Below, in pieces: positions 45,927-55,049 of a stretch of DNA of 64,000 nt. The notes under the pieces are model-generated. The model ran no database searches and had not been told where the DNA came from. It was given only the letters and a program-made list of their open reading frames with translations. Source of the stretch: Cyclobacteriaceae bacterium (GTDB taxonomy: Bacteria > Bacteroidota > Bacteroidia > Cytophagales > Cyclobacteriaceae). Location: positions 15,365 to 79,364 of the forward strand of contig JAEUUJ010000082.1 of assembly GCA_016786495.1 (NCBI GenBank), given 5' to 3'. Position numbers and translations under genes: made by a program. Positions within the stretch are counted from its first letter, which is position 1; every line of letters starts with the position of its first letter.

Positions 45927-46538
45927 TTATATATGTTTCAATTCCGCCAGCCGGTCGAGCACCCAGCCGGTAATACTTAATCTTTCGCGTGTGGCAGGCA
46001 ACACTTCATGTTCAATTTCATCGCTTCGGAAAATTACCAACCGTCCCGCCAGGGGGAGAATGTCTTTTGTTTGATCGGGCAAATACATGCGTAACTGGCC
46101 ACCGTGTTGTTCCCCCCACTGATTATTCAAATACAGGATAACCGAAAGCTTGCGGTGATCGTCCTTTTTGAACTGATCGAGGTGACGTTTGTAAAACGAG
46201 CCGACCGGATAAACGGTCATGTGCACCTCAAAGTCTTTCATACTTAAAAACAGCGCGCGGTTGAGATATTGAATCAGTTCCTCCAGTCGTTGGAGGTATA
46301 CGCGCACAGCTTCGGGTGATTCTCTCCGGTCGAGCCATTTAATATAGTCTCCGCGAATGGCTTCCTGGATTTGCAGGGATTGTTTATTTCCGATGCCGGC
46401 CTTTTTAAAATCTGTATCGGTTCCGAAACCTCCGCCTTGATGAATTGCCTCGACTTCCGGTTGGCTTAAAAATTGATCTGCTACGGCATATCCGTTGGTC
46501 GCCAATCCATCTGCAATTGCATCAAATACCGGATTCAT
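45927..46538 (-). CDS. 2OG-Fe(II) oxygenase (prolyl 4-hydroxylase-like)
   Basis: HxD...H triad (YKRHLDQF ... IEHEVLP) plus RxS (RLSITGW). Confidence 0.8.
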   Translation of the reverse strand: MNPVFDAIADGLATNGYAVADQFLSQPEVEAIHQGGGFGTDTDFKKAGIGNKQSLQIQEAIRGDYIKWLDRRESPEAVRVYLQRLEELIQYLNRALFLSMKDFEVHMTVYPVGSFYKRHLDQFKKDDHRKLSVILYLNNQWGEQHGGQLRMYLPDQTKDILPLAGRLVIFRSDEIEHEVLPATRERLSITGWVLDRLAELKHI

Positions 46539-46576
46539 GTAACAAATTTATGAATAGATTGTCTATACTTACTGAA

Positions 46577-47029
46577 ATGAGAAAAGTTAATGCACTTTTA
46601 GGGATTGCCATCGTTTGCATGCTGGCTACAAGCTGTGGCCCGAAGCAGGATATTGAATTCAAATACGTTAAAGATGTAATCGTTGACGCCAACACCCAAC
46701 CACTGCTGAAGGGTAATGCCGTTCTGTATAACCCCAACAAGCAGCGGATGAAGCTTCGCAAAATAAATGTCGATGTTTATATAAACGACAAAAAAACTGC
46801 ACGCGTGGATCAGGAGCCGTCTTTGCTCATCCCTGCGGAAGCAGAATTTACCGTGCCGCTGGAAGTGAAGCTCAACATCAAAGAAGTAGGGTTTCTGGAC
46901 ACTGTATTTGGTATGCTGGGTGGTAAAAAAATGAAAATTCGATATAAAGGCACCATCAGCATTACATATAAGGGAATACCGGTACGCGTGCCCGTTGACT
47001 ACGAGAGCTCCGTTAATTTCAGATTTTGA
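46577..47029 (+). CDS. Lipoprotein, LEA type-2/NDR1-HIN1-like fold (putative, 150 aa)
   Basis: Trimmed to MRKVNALLGIAIVCMLATSCGP (lipobox). An alternative ATG lies at 46550. The family call is tentative. Confidence 0.5.
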   Translation: MRKVNALLGIAIVCMLATSCGPKQDIEFKYVKDVIVDANTQPLLKGNAVLYNPNKQRMKLRKINVDVYINDKKTARVDQEPSLLIPAEAEFTVPLEVKLNIKEVGFLDTVFGMLGGKKMKIRYKGTISITYKGIPVRVPVDYESSVNFRF

Positions 47030-47057
47030 TTAATTTATCTCAGAATTAATCAAAGAA

Positions 47058-47810
47058 GTGAGCGAAAACCCCCATTCTTCAACCGAGAACATTGACGATT
47101 TGAAGCAGCAGATTGAATCGCTGAATGCTGAAAAGCAACAGTTGATTAGTTTGGTCTCGCACGATCTTCGTTCTCCCCTGAATCGCGCCTTCGCGCTTTC
47201 AGAGTTGCTGTTGATGGACGCCGACACGCTCACCAATTTTCAAAAGGACTACCTCGAACGGATGCGGTTGGTCATTGCTGACGGACTGGCGATGATGCGG
47301 AATATGGTTGATTATCGCAACCTCGAGTTCCGAAGTGTTGATGTAATGATGGAGAAAATCAAGGTTGTTGATTTTGTGAATCGGCTTGTCCGGGACTTTC
47401 AATCTGTCGCCACAAAAAAGGAATTGATCCTGGAGGTCGCGCATCAAACTCCGGAAGCGGTAGTAACTACCGACCGGCAATGCCTCGATCGGGTGGTTGG
47501 CAACCTGCTTTCCAATGCATGTAAATTCTCGAAACCCGGTCAGAAGATTCAGCTGAGAACACAGCGAAGTGGTTCGAGTGTGCTAATAGAAATTCAGGAT
47601 GAGATTGGAGGCTTCTCGCCGGAAGAGTATAAAACGCTCTTCACGAAGTTTAAAAAATATAGCGCACAACCCACCGGGAATGAAAGTTCCACCGGGCTGG
47701 GGTTATTCATTGCCAAATCAATGGCCACACGAATGGGAGCAACACTTGAATGCAACACCACTGCGGGTGTTGGCAGCACGTTTCGGATAACGTTGCCCGA
47801 AAGCAATTAA
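47058..47810 (+). CDS. Soluble histidine kinase lacking a sensor domain (coiled coil + HisKA + HATPase_c)
   Basis: GTG start. H-box SHDLRSPLN, N-box LLSNACKFS, G1 IQDEIGG and G2 GLGLFIAKS. No TM or PAS segment visible. Confidence 0.85.
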   Translation: MSENPHSSTENIDDLKQQIESLNAEKQQLISLVSHDLRSPLNRAFALSELLLMDADTLTNFQKDYLERMRLVIADGLAMMRNMVDYRNLEFRSVDVMMEKIKVVDFVNRLVRDFQSVATKKELILEVAHQTPEAVVTTDRQCLDRVVGNLLSNACKFSKPGQKIQLRTQRSGSSVLIEIQDEIGGFSPEEYKTLFTKFKKYSAQPTGNESSTGLGLFIAKSMATRMGATLECNTTAGVGSTFRITLPESN

Positions 47811-48184
47811 TCAAACAGGTAGTATTCGTCTTCCTTACCTTCGAGAATTGCAGTAAGGGAATCAATGATGGTGTTATCTTTAATAACGTAGTCGCGCACA
47901 CCGCGCTTGATAAAACTCAGCACCATGTTACCATCATCGATGGCACTCATCATGATCAGTTTATTGTTTTCCTTGAGCTTGCTTTTAATGGCTTCGTAAA
48001 ACTCGATGCCTGATTTTCCGGGGAGGTTGTAATCTACTATGTACGCATCGGCCACAGGCTGGCTGCTCGTCAGGCAGTCTTCAGCCGACTTAAAGATTTT
48101 GATCTGGTATTTTGGGTTCTTGCTCAGGGAACGCAAAATAAACTCAGCATAAATTTCATCGTCCTCAATGAGGTACACCATCAT
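47807..48184 (-). CDS. Stand-alone response-regulator receiver (CheY-like, 125 aa)
   Basis: Trimmed to MMVYLIEDDEIY. Acidic pocket EDDE, phospho-acceptor IVDYNLPG, and the MMSA/IKD positions. No output domain. Confidence 0.8.
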   Translation of the reverse strand: MMVYLIEDDEIYAEFILRSLSKNPKYQIKIFKSAEDCLTSSQPVADAYIVDYNLPGKSGIEFYEAIKSKLKENNKLIMMSAIDDGNMVLSFIKRGVRDYVIKDNTIIDSLTAILEGKEDEYYLFD

Positions 48185-48334
48185 GGCAGCACAATTAACC
48201 GGTACGCAATATAAAAATATTAGCGGAAATGCGCATTTCAATCTTTACATGCCACCCACAACACCAAACGCGCGGTATTAACCGGCGTTTACTTGTAAAT
48301 ACGCATTATTATAGCGCAAATCGCTGCTTGGGAA

Positions 48335-49537
48335 TCAGTTCAGGGGGCGGCTTGCAATAATTGATATCCTCGTAAATGAAGTGTTGCCTATAGAGGCACT
48401 TGAGTGGATTTCTTTGGGTAGTGCATATCTTAACTCCACATTAAATCTTCGGTGTGAAAATCCAGCTCCAATAACAACATTTGTTTTAACAAGCAAATCC
48501 GGCGTGTATGCGGGAATGAAAACATCTGACTCGTAATCCAGCTTCAGCTTGATCGGTTTGTTTACGACGATCATTGCATTCACAAAAATTCTATTTTCAT
48601 TCCCGAGGAAGTGGTAATATCTTGGCCCGAAGGCGAGGTCAATTGATGAATAGTTGGCCGTGAACTTACCCTTGGAAGGATTTTCAAACTGACCAGTATT
48701 CTTACTTGCTTGGTAGTACAAATCTGCCACCAAGCTCCATTTGCTGTTGTTAAAGGGTAAAATCATTTCAAGCTCGGCCCCGACACGATATGTAAAACCA
48801 TTTTTCATTACCAGCTCGTCATACACTTCGCTATAAGTATACCGCATATTTGTTGAGCCTATCCCAACGGTCGGTTTAACAAAAAAATTCTGACGCGAGT
48901 ACTGCGTCATATCCGGACTTGTACTAGATTTACCCAAGCAAGCATTGTAGCGTGCAAAGTAGATCTCAAGATCATTTCTTTTATAGGCAACTTTTTTGAT
49001 CTCATCTTGCGGAACGTTGCCACAAGCCATCTTCGTTAATAGCTCTTGTTGATACTCATTGTTTTTTAAAACCTTACCTGTTGACGAGTGATACATTTTG
49101 TACACCAGTTGCCGAATTTCATTCTCATTAACGGAATAAAAAAAGCGGACTACATTTTGGCTCTCATGCACGTATAACGTTGCTGGTCCTTCTATCAAAA
49201 CTTTCAATGCTAAAGTTTTGTTTTCAAATTCTGCATTGCGTTGGCGACTTAGCGCAGTGAGTGATACCGGTGACTTGTCAATTTGAACGGTAGCGACCTT
49301 GTATTTCAGTTTATCGTAGACTGCAAACTCAATCACTTTTCCGATCGGCATGAGTGAAATGCTGTCCCCGATCCTATATTCAAATTCGGATGGATTGTTT
49401 CTCCAGTCCCTGTTCTTTATCTCACATTCGGTGCGCTGATTTAATGTATCTATAAAATAACCCTTTTCGAACGTTATTTGTGCAACCGAAACGTGGCCGC
49501 AAAGAAGGATGATAAGGAGCAGGGCTGGAGTTCTCAT
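48335..49537 (-). CDS. Exported protein: N-terminal soluble domain + C-terminal small outer-membrane beta-barrel, unknown function
   Basis: Signal peptide MRTPALLLIILLCGHVSVAQ. FEKGYFID...ECEIKNRDWRNNPSEFEY is an opening I recall from uncharacterised Bacteroidota proteins. The C-terminal half has alternating beta-strand patterns. Confidence 0.65.
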   Translation of the reverse strand: MRTPALLLIILLCGHVSVAQITFEKGYFIDTLNQRTECEIKNRDWRNNPSEFEYRIGDSISLMPIGKVIEFAVYDKLKYKVATVQIDKSPVSLTALSRQRNAEFENKTLALKVLIEGPATLYVHESQNVVRFFYSVNENEIRQLVYKMYHSSTGKVLKNNEYQQELLTKMACGNVPQDEIKKVAYKRNDLEIYFARYNACLGKSSTSPDMTQYSRQNFFVKPTVGIGSTNMRYTYSEVYDELVMKNGFTYRVGAELEMILPFNNSKWSLVADLYYQASKNTGQFENPSKGKFTANYSSIDLAFGPRYYHFLGNENRIFVNAMIVVNKPIKLKLDYESDVFIPAYTPDLLVKTNVVIGAGFSHRRFNVELRYALPKEIHSSASIGNTSFTRISIIASRPLN

Positions 49538-49648
49538 TGCAAAAAAGTTGTTCGCATGTAAAGATAATCTAATAACGATTTGAGGTCATACATGACTCGC
49601 TTTTTAGGTATACTTTTTGTCCGTTTTGTCGTATCCCACAGCTCACCT

Positions 49649-50767
49649 ATGAAAAAAATTCTTGCCACGGGCGTACTCACGCTGCTTTCTCTAGTCCTTC
49701 AGGCGCAGAGTTTTGACGACATAATTTACAAAAGACAGTACGTCAGCTGCGATGATGTAAGTTATAATGCACCGGAACTTATCCATTCCTTGCATAGCAA
49801 GGGAGAAACCGACAGTCTTTATCAATTCTTAGATTACTGGGAAAGTAAATGCGGATCCGTAGAATACATCACTGCGATTCGCACAGTACTGGATATAAAA
49901 ACGGCAAATTTCGATTCGGCCGCGGTAACCGAAGAGTTGCTTGCAAGCCTGGTGCAGTATAAAGAAAACGGAGCGCTTGTGGATTATCCGGGCTACCGAA
50001 ATGAACTGGCGCAACTGCATCAGAATCTGCAAAAAGAAACGCGCGCAATTGCTGCGGATGTTCAGCAAACGTATTCCGCTGACGAAGCTCTGCTGATCGA
50101 TTTCTTCAAGTCAGACCAAGCCAGCTTTGCCAACATGAAGCAGGCCACCGCACGCGACAGCAAGTTGAAAAAGCTGTACGACAAAAAGATAACTGAAACC
50201 TTACGGATCCCGCAGATGCACGTAGCCGGATTTGCAAGCTACTACCAACCTTTCGGGAAGCTTGACGTATTCGGCCCGCATGCCGGAATTGGGGGTTTGT
50301 TTGGCATAAATCAGCTCAGGCACACGCTTGATCTGGCGTTCGATATCCGCTTCGGTCGCTCGGCCAGTGAATATCAATTTGTTTATCAAGGAAATTTGAT
50401 GCAAGATGACCGATGGACCAGTGCCTACATCGGTCTGGAATACACGTACGATTTTTACTCCGGTAAAAAGTTTAAGGCAGGTATTTCTCCAGGTGTGGCG
50501 TATAATGGTATTACCGCTGTTCCTGCCGATGATGATGACGATGATGCGCGGATTTTGCCTGCACTGGATGTAAATGCCGGCCTTTCCTTCAAATACACGG
50601 TAAGCAAGCGCGGTGCATACGCGGGATTACAAACTCGTTATCACTGGGTTGATCATCGAAATGCAGGCGGAACTGAGTTAACCGGAAGTTACCTCAGTGT
50701 GCGATTGATTTTCGGGTCGATATTTAAGTATCAACGCGAGTATTATCTTTCACAACTCGAGTACTAA
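49649..50767 (+). CDS. Exported protein: helical N-domain + C-terminal small beta-barrel with a poly-Asp loop, unknown function
   Basis: Trimmed to [20 protein letters not shown] (ATG 49649). The C-terminal half has alternating strands ([31 protein letters not shown]). Confidence 0.65.
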   Translation: MKKILATGVLTLLSLVLQAQSFDDIIYKRQYVSCDDVSYNAPELIHSLHSKGETDSLYQFLDYWESKCGSVEYITAIRTVLDIKTANFDSAAVTEELLASLVQYKENGALVDYPGYRNELAQLHQNLQKETRAIAADVQQTYSADEALLIDFFKSDQASFANMKQATARDSKLKKLYDKKITETLRIPQMHVAGFASYYQPFGKLDVFGPHAGIGGLFGINQLRHTLDLAFDIRFGRSASEYQFVYQGNLMQDDRWTSAYIGLEYTYDFYSGKKFKAGISPGVAYNGITAVPADDDDDDARILPALDVNAGLSFKYTVSKRGAYAGLQTRYHWVDHRNAGGTELTGSYLSVRLIFGSIFKYQREYYLSQLEY

Positions 50768-52059
50768 ACGATTTTATGGCCGCGATATCCGTAGTATGCG
50801 ATAAACATGTAGCATAATACCGGAATAAAGAATGCGTGTTGAATACCAATCTTATCGGCAATAAATCCCTGCAGCAAAGGAATCAACGCACCACCCACAA
50901 TTGCCATACACAAAATTCCAGATCCCTGGCCGGTGTGTTTGCCGAGACCGGCAACGCCCAGGGAGAAAATGCTTGGGAACATGATGGAATTAAATAATCC
51001 AACAGAGAGTATCAGCCACATGGCGATCGGTCCGGATGAAAGCATCGTAATAACAACAAGCAATGCTGCTATGATGGCCGCTACTGCAAGTACCTTTCCC
51101 GCCTTCAGCTTTTGCATGACAGCCGCACCAATGAATCGTCCGATCATCGCTCCGCCCCAATAGAAAGACACGTATTTGCCTGCTTCAGCCTCAGCAAGCC
51201 CTGCAATATTTTTCTCTCCCAAAAAATTTACCAGGAAGCTTCCAATGGAAACTTCGGCGCCCACGTAAACGAAGATGCCTATCGCGCCCAGCACCAGGTG
51301 AGGATACTTCCAGGCCGATTCCCGCTCGCCTGCAGCACCTCCCGAAATTTCGGTTGGCGCAGCCGCTTCAATGATAGGAAGCTTGATAACTGCGAATACC
51401 CCGGCAATAACAAATAGCACGATCGCCAGAATTACATACGGGTTTTGAACCGCAGCGGCCTCCGCTAACTGATAGGAGGCCAAATCCTCCGGACTTAAAC
51501 CACTGAGTGCTTCGGCTGACTTTACAGCTACAGATAAAATCAACATTGATCCGAAAATCGGAGCAATGGTTGTTCCAAGTGAATTAAATGCCTGCGTTAA
51601 ATTCAACCGGCTGGATGCCGTTGCCGGAGGTCCAAGAATAGTGACATAAGGGTTAGCGGCTACCTGAAGCAATGTTATGCCGGATGCAAGAACAAAAAAT
51701 GCTGTAAGAAACAACCCGTATGACCGCATGCTGGCCGAAGGATAAAACATCAGACAGCCGATGCCCGCTATGATCAACCCGAGAACAATACCTTTTTTAT
51801 AGCCGATTTTTTCAACGATGTATCCGCTCGGCAACGACATCACAAAATATGCTGTAAAGAAACAGAACTGAATGAGCATTGCCTGTGTGTAGTTGAGCGT
51901 AAACACAGCTTTCAAATGCGGAATTAAAATGTCGTTGAGGCAGGTTATGAAACCCCACATGAAAAAAAGCGATGTCAGGATAGACAGCGCGAATGTGTAG
52001 TTTTTATTTTCACCGCTCGTGTTGAGGGGTGCGTTAGACGAGACGAATCCTCCTGCCAT
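50764..52059 (-). CDS. MFS sugar transporter (FucP / glucose-galactose GluP family)
   Basis: [22 protein letters not shown] is typical of the FucP/GluP family. 12 TM, 431 aa. Confidence 0.85.
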   Translation of the reverse strand: MAGGFVSSNAPLNTSGENKNYTFALSILTSLFFMWGFITCLNDILIPHLKAVFTLNYTQAMLIQFCFFTAYFVMSLPSGYIVEKIGYKKGIVLGLIIAGIGCLMFYPSASMRSYGLFLTAFFVLASGITLLQVAANPYVTILGPPATASSRLNLTQAFNSLGTTIAPIFGSMLILSVAVKSAEALSGLSPEDLASYQLAEAAAVQNPYVILAIVLFVIAGVFAVIKLPIIEAAAPTEISGGAAGERESAWKYPHLVLGAIGIFVYVGAEVSIGSFLVNFLGEKNIAGLAEAEAGKYVSFYWGGAMIGRFIGAAVMQKLKAGKVLAVAAIIAALLVVITMLSSGPIAMWLILSVGLFNSIMFPSIFSLGVAGLGKHTGQGSGILCMAIVGGALIPLLQGFIADKIGIQHAFFIPVLCYMFIAYYGYRGHKIV

Positions 52060-52139
52060 ACAGAAATAGAGTTAGGTAATGCTGATATCAGCTTCTAAAG
52101 CTGTAAAAATAAATTCGCTTGAGCAAGCCCCGGCGGCTC

Positions 52140-52619
52140 CTACAACGCTCTGCTGTAAAACACGTCACAGGCAAAATGCCCGGTGCTGCCACACGGACCG
52201 GCAATTTTTTTGAATGCATTACGCTCGTACAGTTTCATGGCCTGGTTCATGGTATTAAACGTTTCCAGATAACAGGTTTTGTAGCCGTGTTCGCGCGCGG
52301 CTTCCAGGCAGGCGGTCAACACTTTTTGTCCGAGGCCCTTGCCCCGGCCTTTACTCAGGAAGTACATTTTCTTCAATTCGCACGTATCGCCATCACCGCC
52401 CTTCAATGGCCCGATACCGCCTCCGCCCAGAATTTTGCCATCCTCCTCGTACACAAAATACGCATGTCGCTTTTGCGTATAAGCGTTATACATATCTTCA
52501 ACTTCCGCATCGTGAATGGCAAAGCCCTGGCCGCTGGCGCCAAACTCAGGCATTACCGTTCGTATGATGTTCTTAATCGCTGAATTATCAGCCGCTTCAA
52601 TTGCTCTTACTGTACCCAT
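52140..52619 (-). CDS. GNAT family N-acetyltransferase
   Basis: Acetyl-CoA motif KGRGKGLGQKVL. 159 aa. Confidence 0.85.
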   Translation of the reverse strand: MGTVRAIEAADNSAIKNIIRTVMPEFGASGQGFAIHDAEVEDMYNAYTQKRHAYFVYEEDGKILGGGGIGPLKGGDGDTCELKKMYFLSKGRGKGLGQKVLTACLEAAREHGYKTCYLETFNTMNQAMKLYERNAFKKIAGPCGSTGHFACDVFYSRAL

Positions 52620-52682
52620 CGTTCATGTAAAAATAAGAATGCACCTCTCAAATGTTGATTAACTTGACTGAAATTTTGCAAG

Positions 52683-55043
52683 ATGCGTCACTCGTTACTC
52701 GTTCTTATCGCCGTTCTCTTACTCGTTTCCGAAACTGTATTCAGTCAGACCTTAGGGGAACTTACGGTCGAAAAAATCATGCGCGACCCCAAATGGATCG
52801 GCTCGTCACCTTCCGGTTTAAGTTGGTCGCCCGACAGCAAAACAATTTATTTTTCCTGGAATCCCGATAAAGCCCCGGCCGATTCATTATATAAAATCAC
52901 GCTTCAGAATCGCGTTCCACAAAAGGTGTCGAAAAAGGAAAGGCTCGCGCTTCCGCCCTTCAATGGTGTATACAACCGGGCTTTCTCGAAGATGGTTTAC
53001 GAAAAAAACGGTGATCTATACTTGTATGACGTGGCAAACAGTAAATCCACGCAACTCACCAACACCGTATCCCGCGAAAGCGGAGTATCCTTTTCGGGCG
53101 ATGAGAAAAAAATAATCTATTCGTTCGATCAAAATCTCTACGCGTGGGAAATCGCGACCGGACATGTCACACAATTAACCGATTTTAGAAAAGGCAAGAA
53201 GGCAACTTCACCCACGCTCAACGACCAGGAGAAATGGTTGCGGCAGGATCAACTTACTACCCTGCAGGTTATTAAAGAACGTAACGACCGGCAAAATGCT
53301 GTTCGGAAACTGCAGAAAGAGGAACAACCCAAGCGTCCAAAAGAAATTTACATCGATGATAAGTCGGTTGATTTGTCGCGCCTGACACCCGATGGCAATT
53401 TTGTGGTATTCCGCCTTTCAAAAAGTGCAACTGCTAAAAACACCATTGTTCCCAACTACGTGACTGCATCCGGCTTTACAGAAGATATCTCCGGCCGCAC
53501 AAAAGTTGGCGCCCCGCTCGGCACCTCCGAGTTGTTTGTCTACGACATCAAACGTGACACGGTTTTACAAGTAAAAACTGACAGCATTCCCGGAATCACG
53601 GATGCACCTGCGTTTGCGAAAGACTATTCCAAAAAAGAAAGTAAAAAAGACGGAAAGGATAAGAAGCCTTCTCTTCGTCAAGTATCATTCTCTGGTCCGG
53701 CTTGGTCAGACGATGGTTCGTATGCGGTACTCCAGCTTCGTGCTGCTGATAACAAAGACCGGTGGATTGCTTTATTGGATGTTGCCACTCAAAAATTAAC
53801 TGTGGTTGATCGGCAACATGATGATGCCTGGGTTGGCGGGCCAGGAGGATTCTACCTTGGCTGGATCAGCAACTCCCGGCTTTGGTTTGTCTCGGAAGAG
53901 TCGGGCTACGCACATCTGTACTCATATGATGTTTCAACGCACACAAAGAAAGCACTCACATCGGGTAAATATGAAGTGCAGCAGGCCGAACTCAGCCGAA
54001 GCAAGAAGTTCTTTTACATCACCACCAATGAAGTCCATCCCGGTGAGAAGCATTTCTACAAGCTTTCGGTTGATGGTGGAAAAGCAGAACGAATTACCAC
54101 ACTCTCGGGGGCGCATGAAGTTGAGTTGTCGCCCGATGAGAAGATGCTTGCCTTCCGCTACTCCTACACAAACAAGCCCTGGGAGTTGTACCTCATGGAA
54201 AACAAGGCTCGCGCAAAACCGCAGCAAATCACGAATTCAATCTCCTCAGAATTTAAGTCTTATCCCTGGCGCGATCCGGTTGTTACAGCGTTCAAAGCCC
54301 GTGACGGGCAGGATGTTTACACACGCGTTTACAAACCCGCAAAACCCAATGGTGCTGCAGTGATTTTTGTTCACGGTGCCGGTTATCTGCAAAACGCACA
54401 TAAATGGTGGAGCAGCTACTTCCGCGAGTACATGTTTAACAACTTGCTGGCCGATAAAGGTTATACCGTTCTGGATATAGATTATCGGGCAAGCGCAGGG
54501 TACGGACGCGACTGGCGAACGGGCATTTATCAGTTCATGGGTGGTAAGGACTTAACCGATCATGTGGATGGTGCCGCGTGGCTCGTGAAAGAATATGGTG
54601 TTGATCCAAAACGAATCGGAATTTACGGAGGTTCGTATGGAGGCTTCATCACACTGATGGGACTGTTTACAACCCCCGATGTATTTGCAGCGGGTGCCGC
54701 ACTTCGACCCGTTACCGATTGGGCGCATTATAATCATGGCTATACGTCCGCGATATTGAACACGCCGGTGGCTGACAGTATTGCCTACGCGAAAAGTTCA
54801 CCGATCTATCACGCAGCAGGATTAAAAGGCGCGCTGCTAATCTGCCACGGCATGGTGGATGTGAATGTTCATTTTCAGGACGTGGTTAGGCTATCGCAAC
54901 GACTGATTGAACTCGGAAAAGACAATTGGGAACTCGCGGTATATCCGATGGAAGACCACGCCTTTGTTGAACCGAGCAGCTGGACTGACGAATACAAACG
55001 GATCTTGAAGCTATTTGAAGAAAACCTGAATCAGAAAAAATAG
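52683..55043 (+). CDS. S9 family serine peptidase (DPP IV/prolyl oligopeptidase-like), exported
   Basis: Signal peptide. N-terminal propeller region. Catalytic GGSYGGF, with a later D...H (CHGMVDVNVH, MEDHAF). Confidence 0.88.
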   Translation: MRHSLLVLIAVLLLVSETVFSQTLGELTVEKIMRDPKWIGSSPSGLSWSPDSKTIYFSWNPDKAPADSLYKITLQNRVPQKVSKKERLALPPFNGVYNRAFSKMVYEKNGDLYLYDVANSKSTQLTNTVSRESGVSFSGDEKKIIYSFDQNLYAWEIATGHVTQLTDFRKGKKATSPTLNDQEKWLRQDQLTTLQVIKERNDRQNAVRKLQKEEQPKRPKEIYIDDKSVDLSRLTPDGNFVVFRLSKSATAKNTIVPNYVTASGFTEDISGRTKVGAPLGTSELFVYDIKRDTVLQVKTDSIPGITDAPAFAKDYSKKESKKDGKDKKPSLRQVSFSGPAWSDDGSYAVLQLRAADNKDRWIALLDVATQKLTVVDRQHDDAWVGGPGGFYLGWISNSRLWFVSEESGYAHLYSYDVSTHTKKALTSGKYEVQQAELSRSKKFFYITTNEVHPGEKHFYKLSVDGGKAERITTLSGAHEVELSPDEKMLAFRYSYTNKPWELYLMENKARAKPQQITNSISSEFKSYPWRDPVVTAFKARDGQDVYTRVYKPAKPNGAAVIFVHGAGYLQNAHKWWSSYFREYMFNNLLADKGYTVLDIDYRASAGYGRDWRTGIYQFMGGKDLTDHVDGAAWLVKEYGVDPKRIGIYGGSYGGFITLMGLFTTPDVFAAGAALRPVTDWAHYNHGYTSAILNTPVADSIAYAKSSPIYHAAGLKGALLICHGMVDVNVHFQDVVRLSQRLIELGKDNWELAVYPMEDHAFVEPSSWTDEYKRILKLFEENLNQKK

Positions 55044-55049
55044 CAACAT

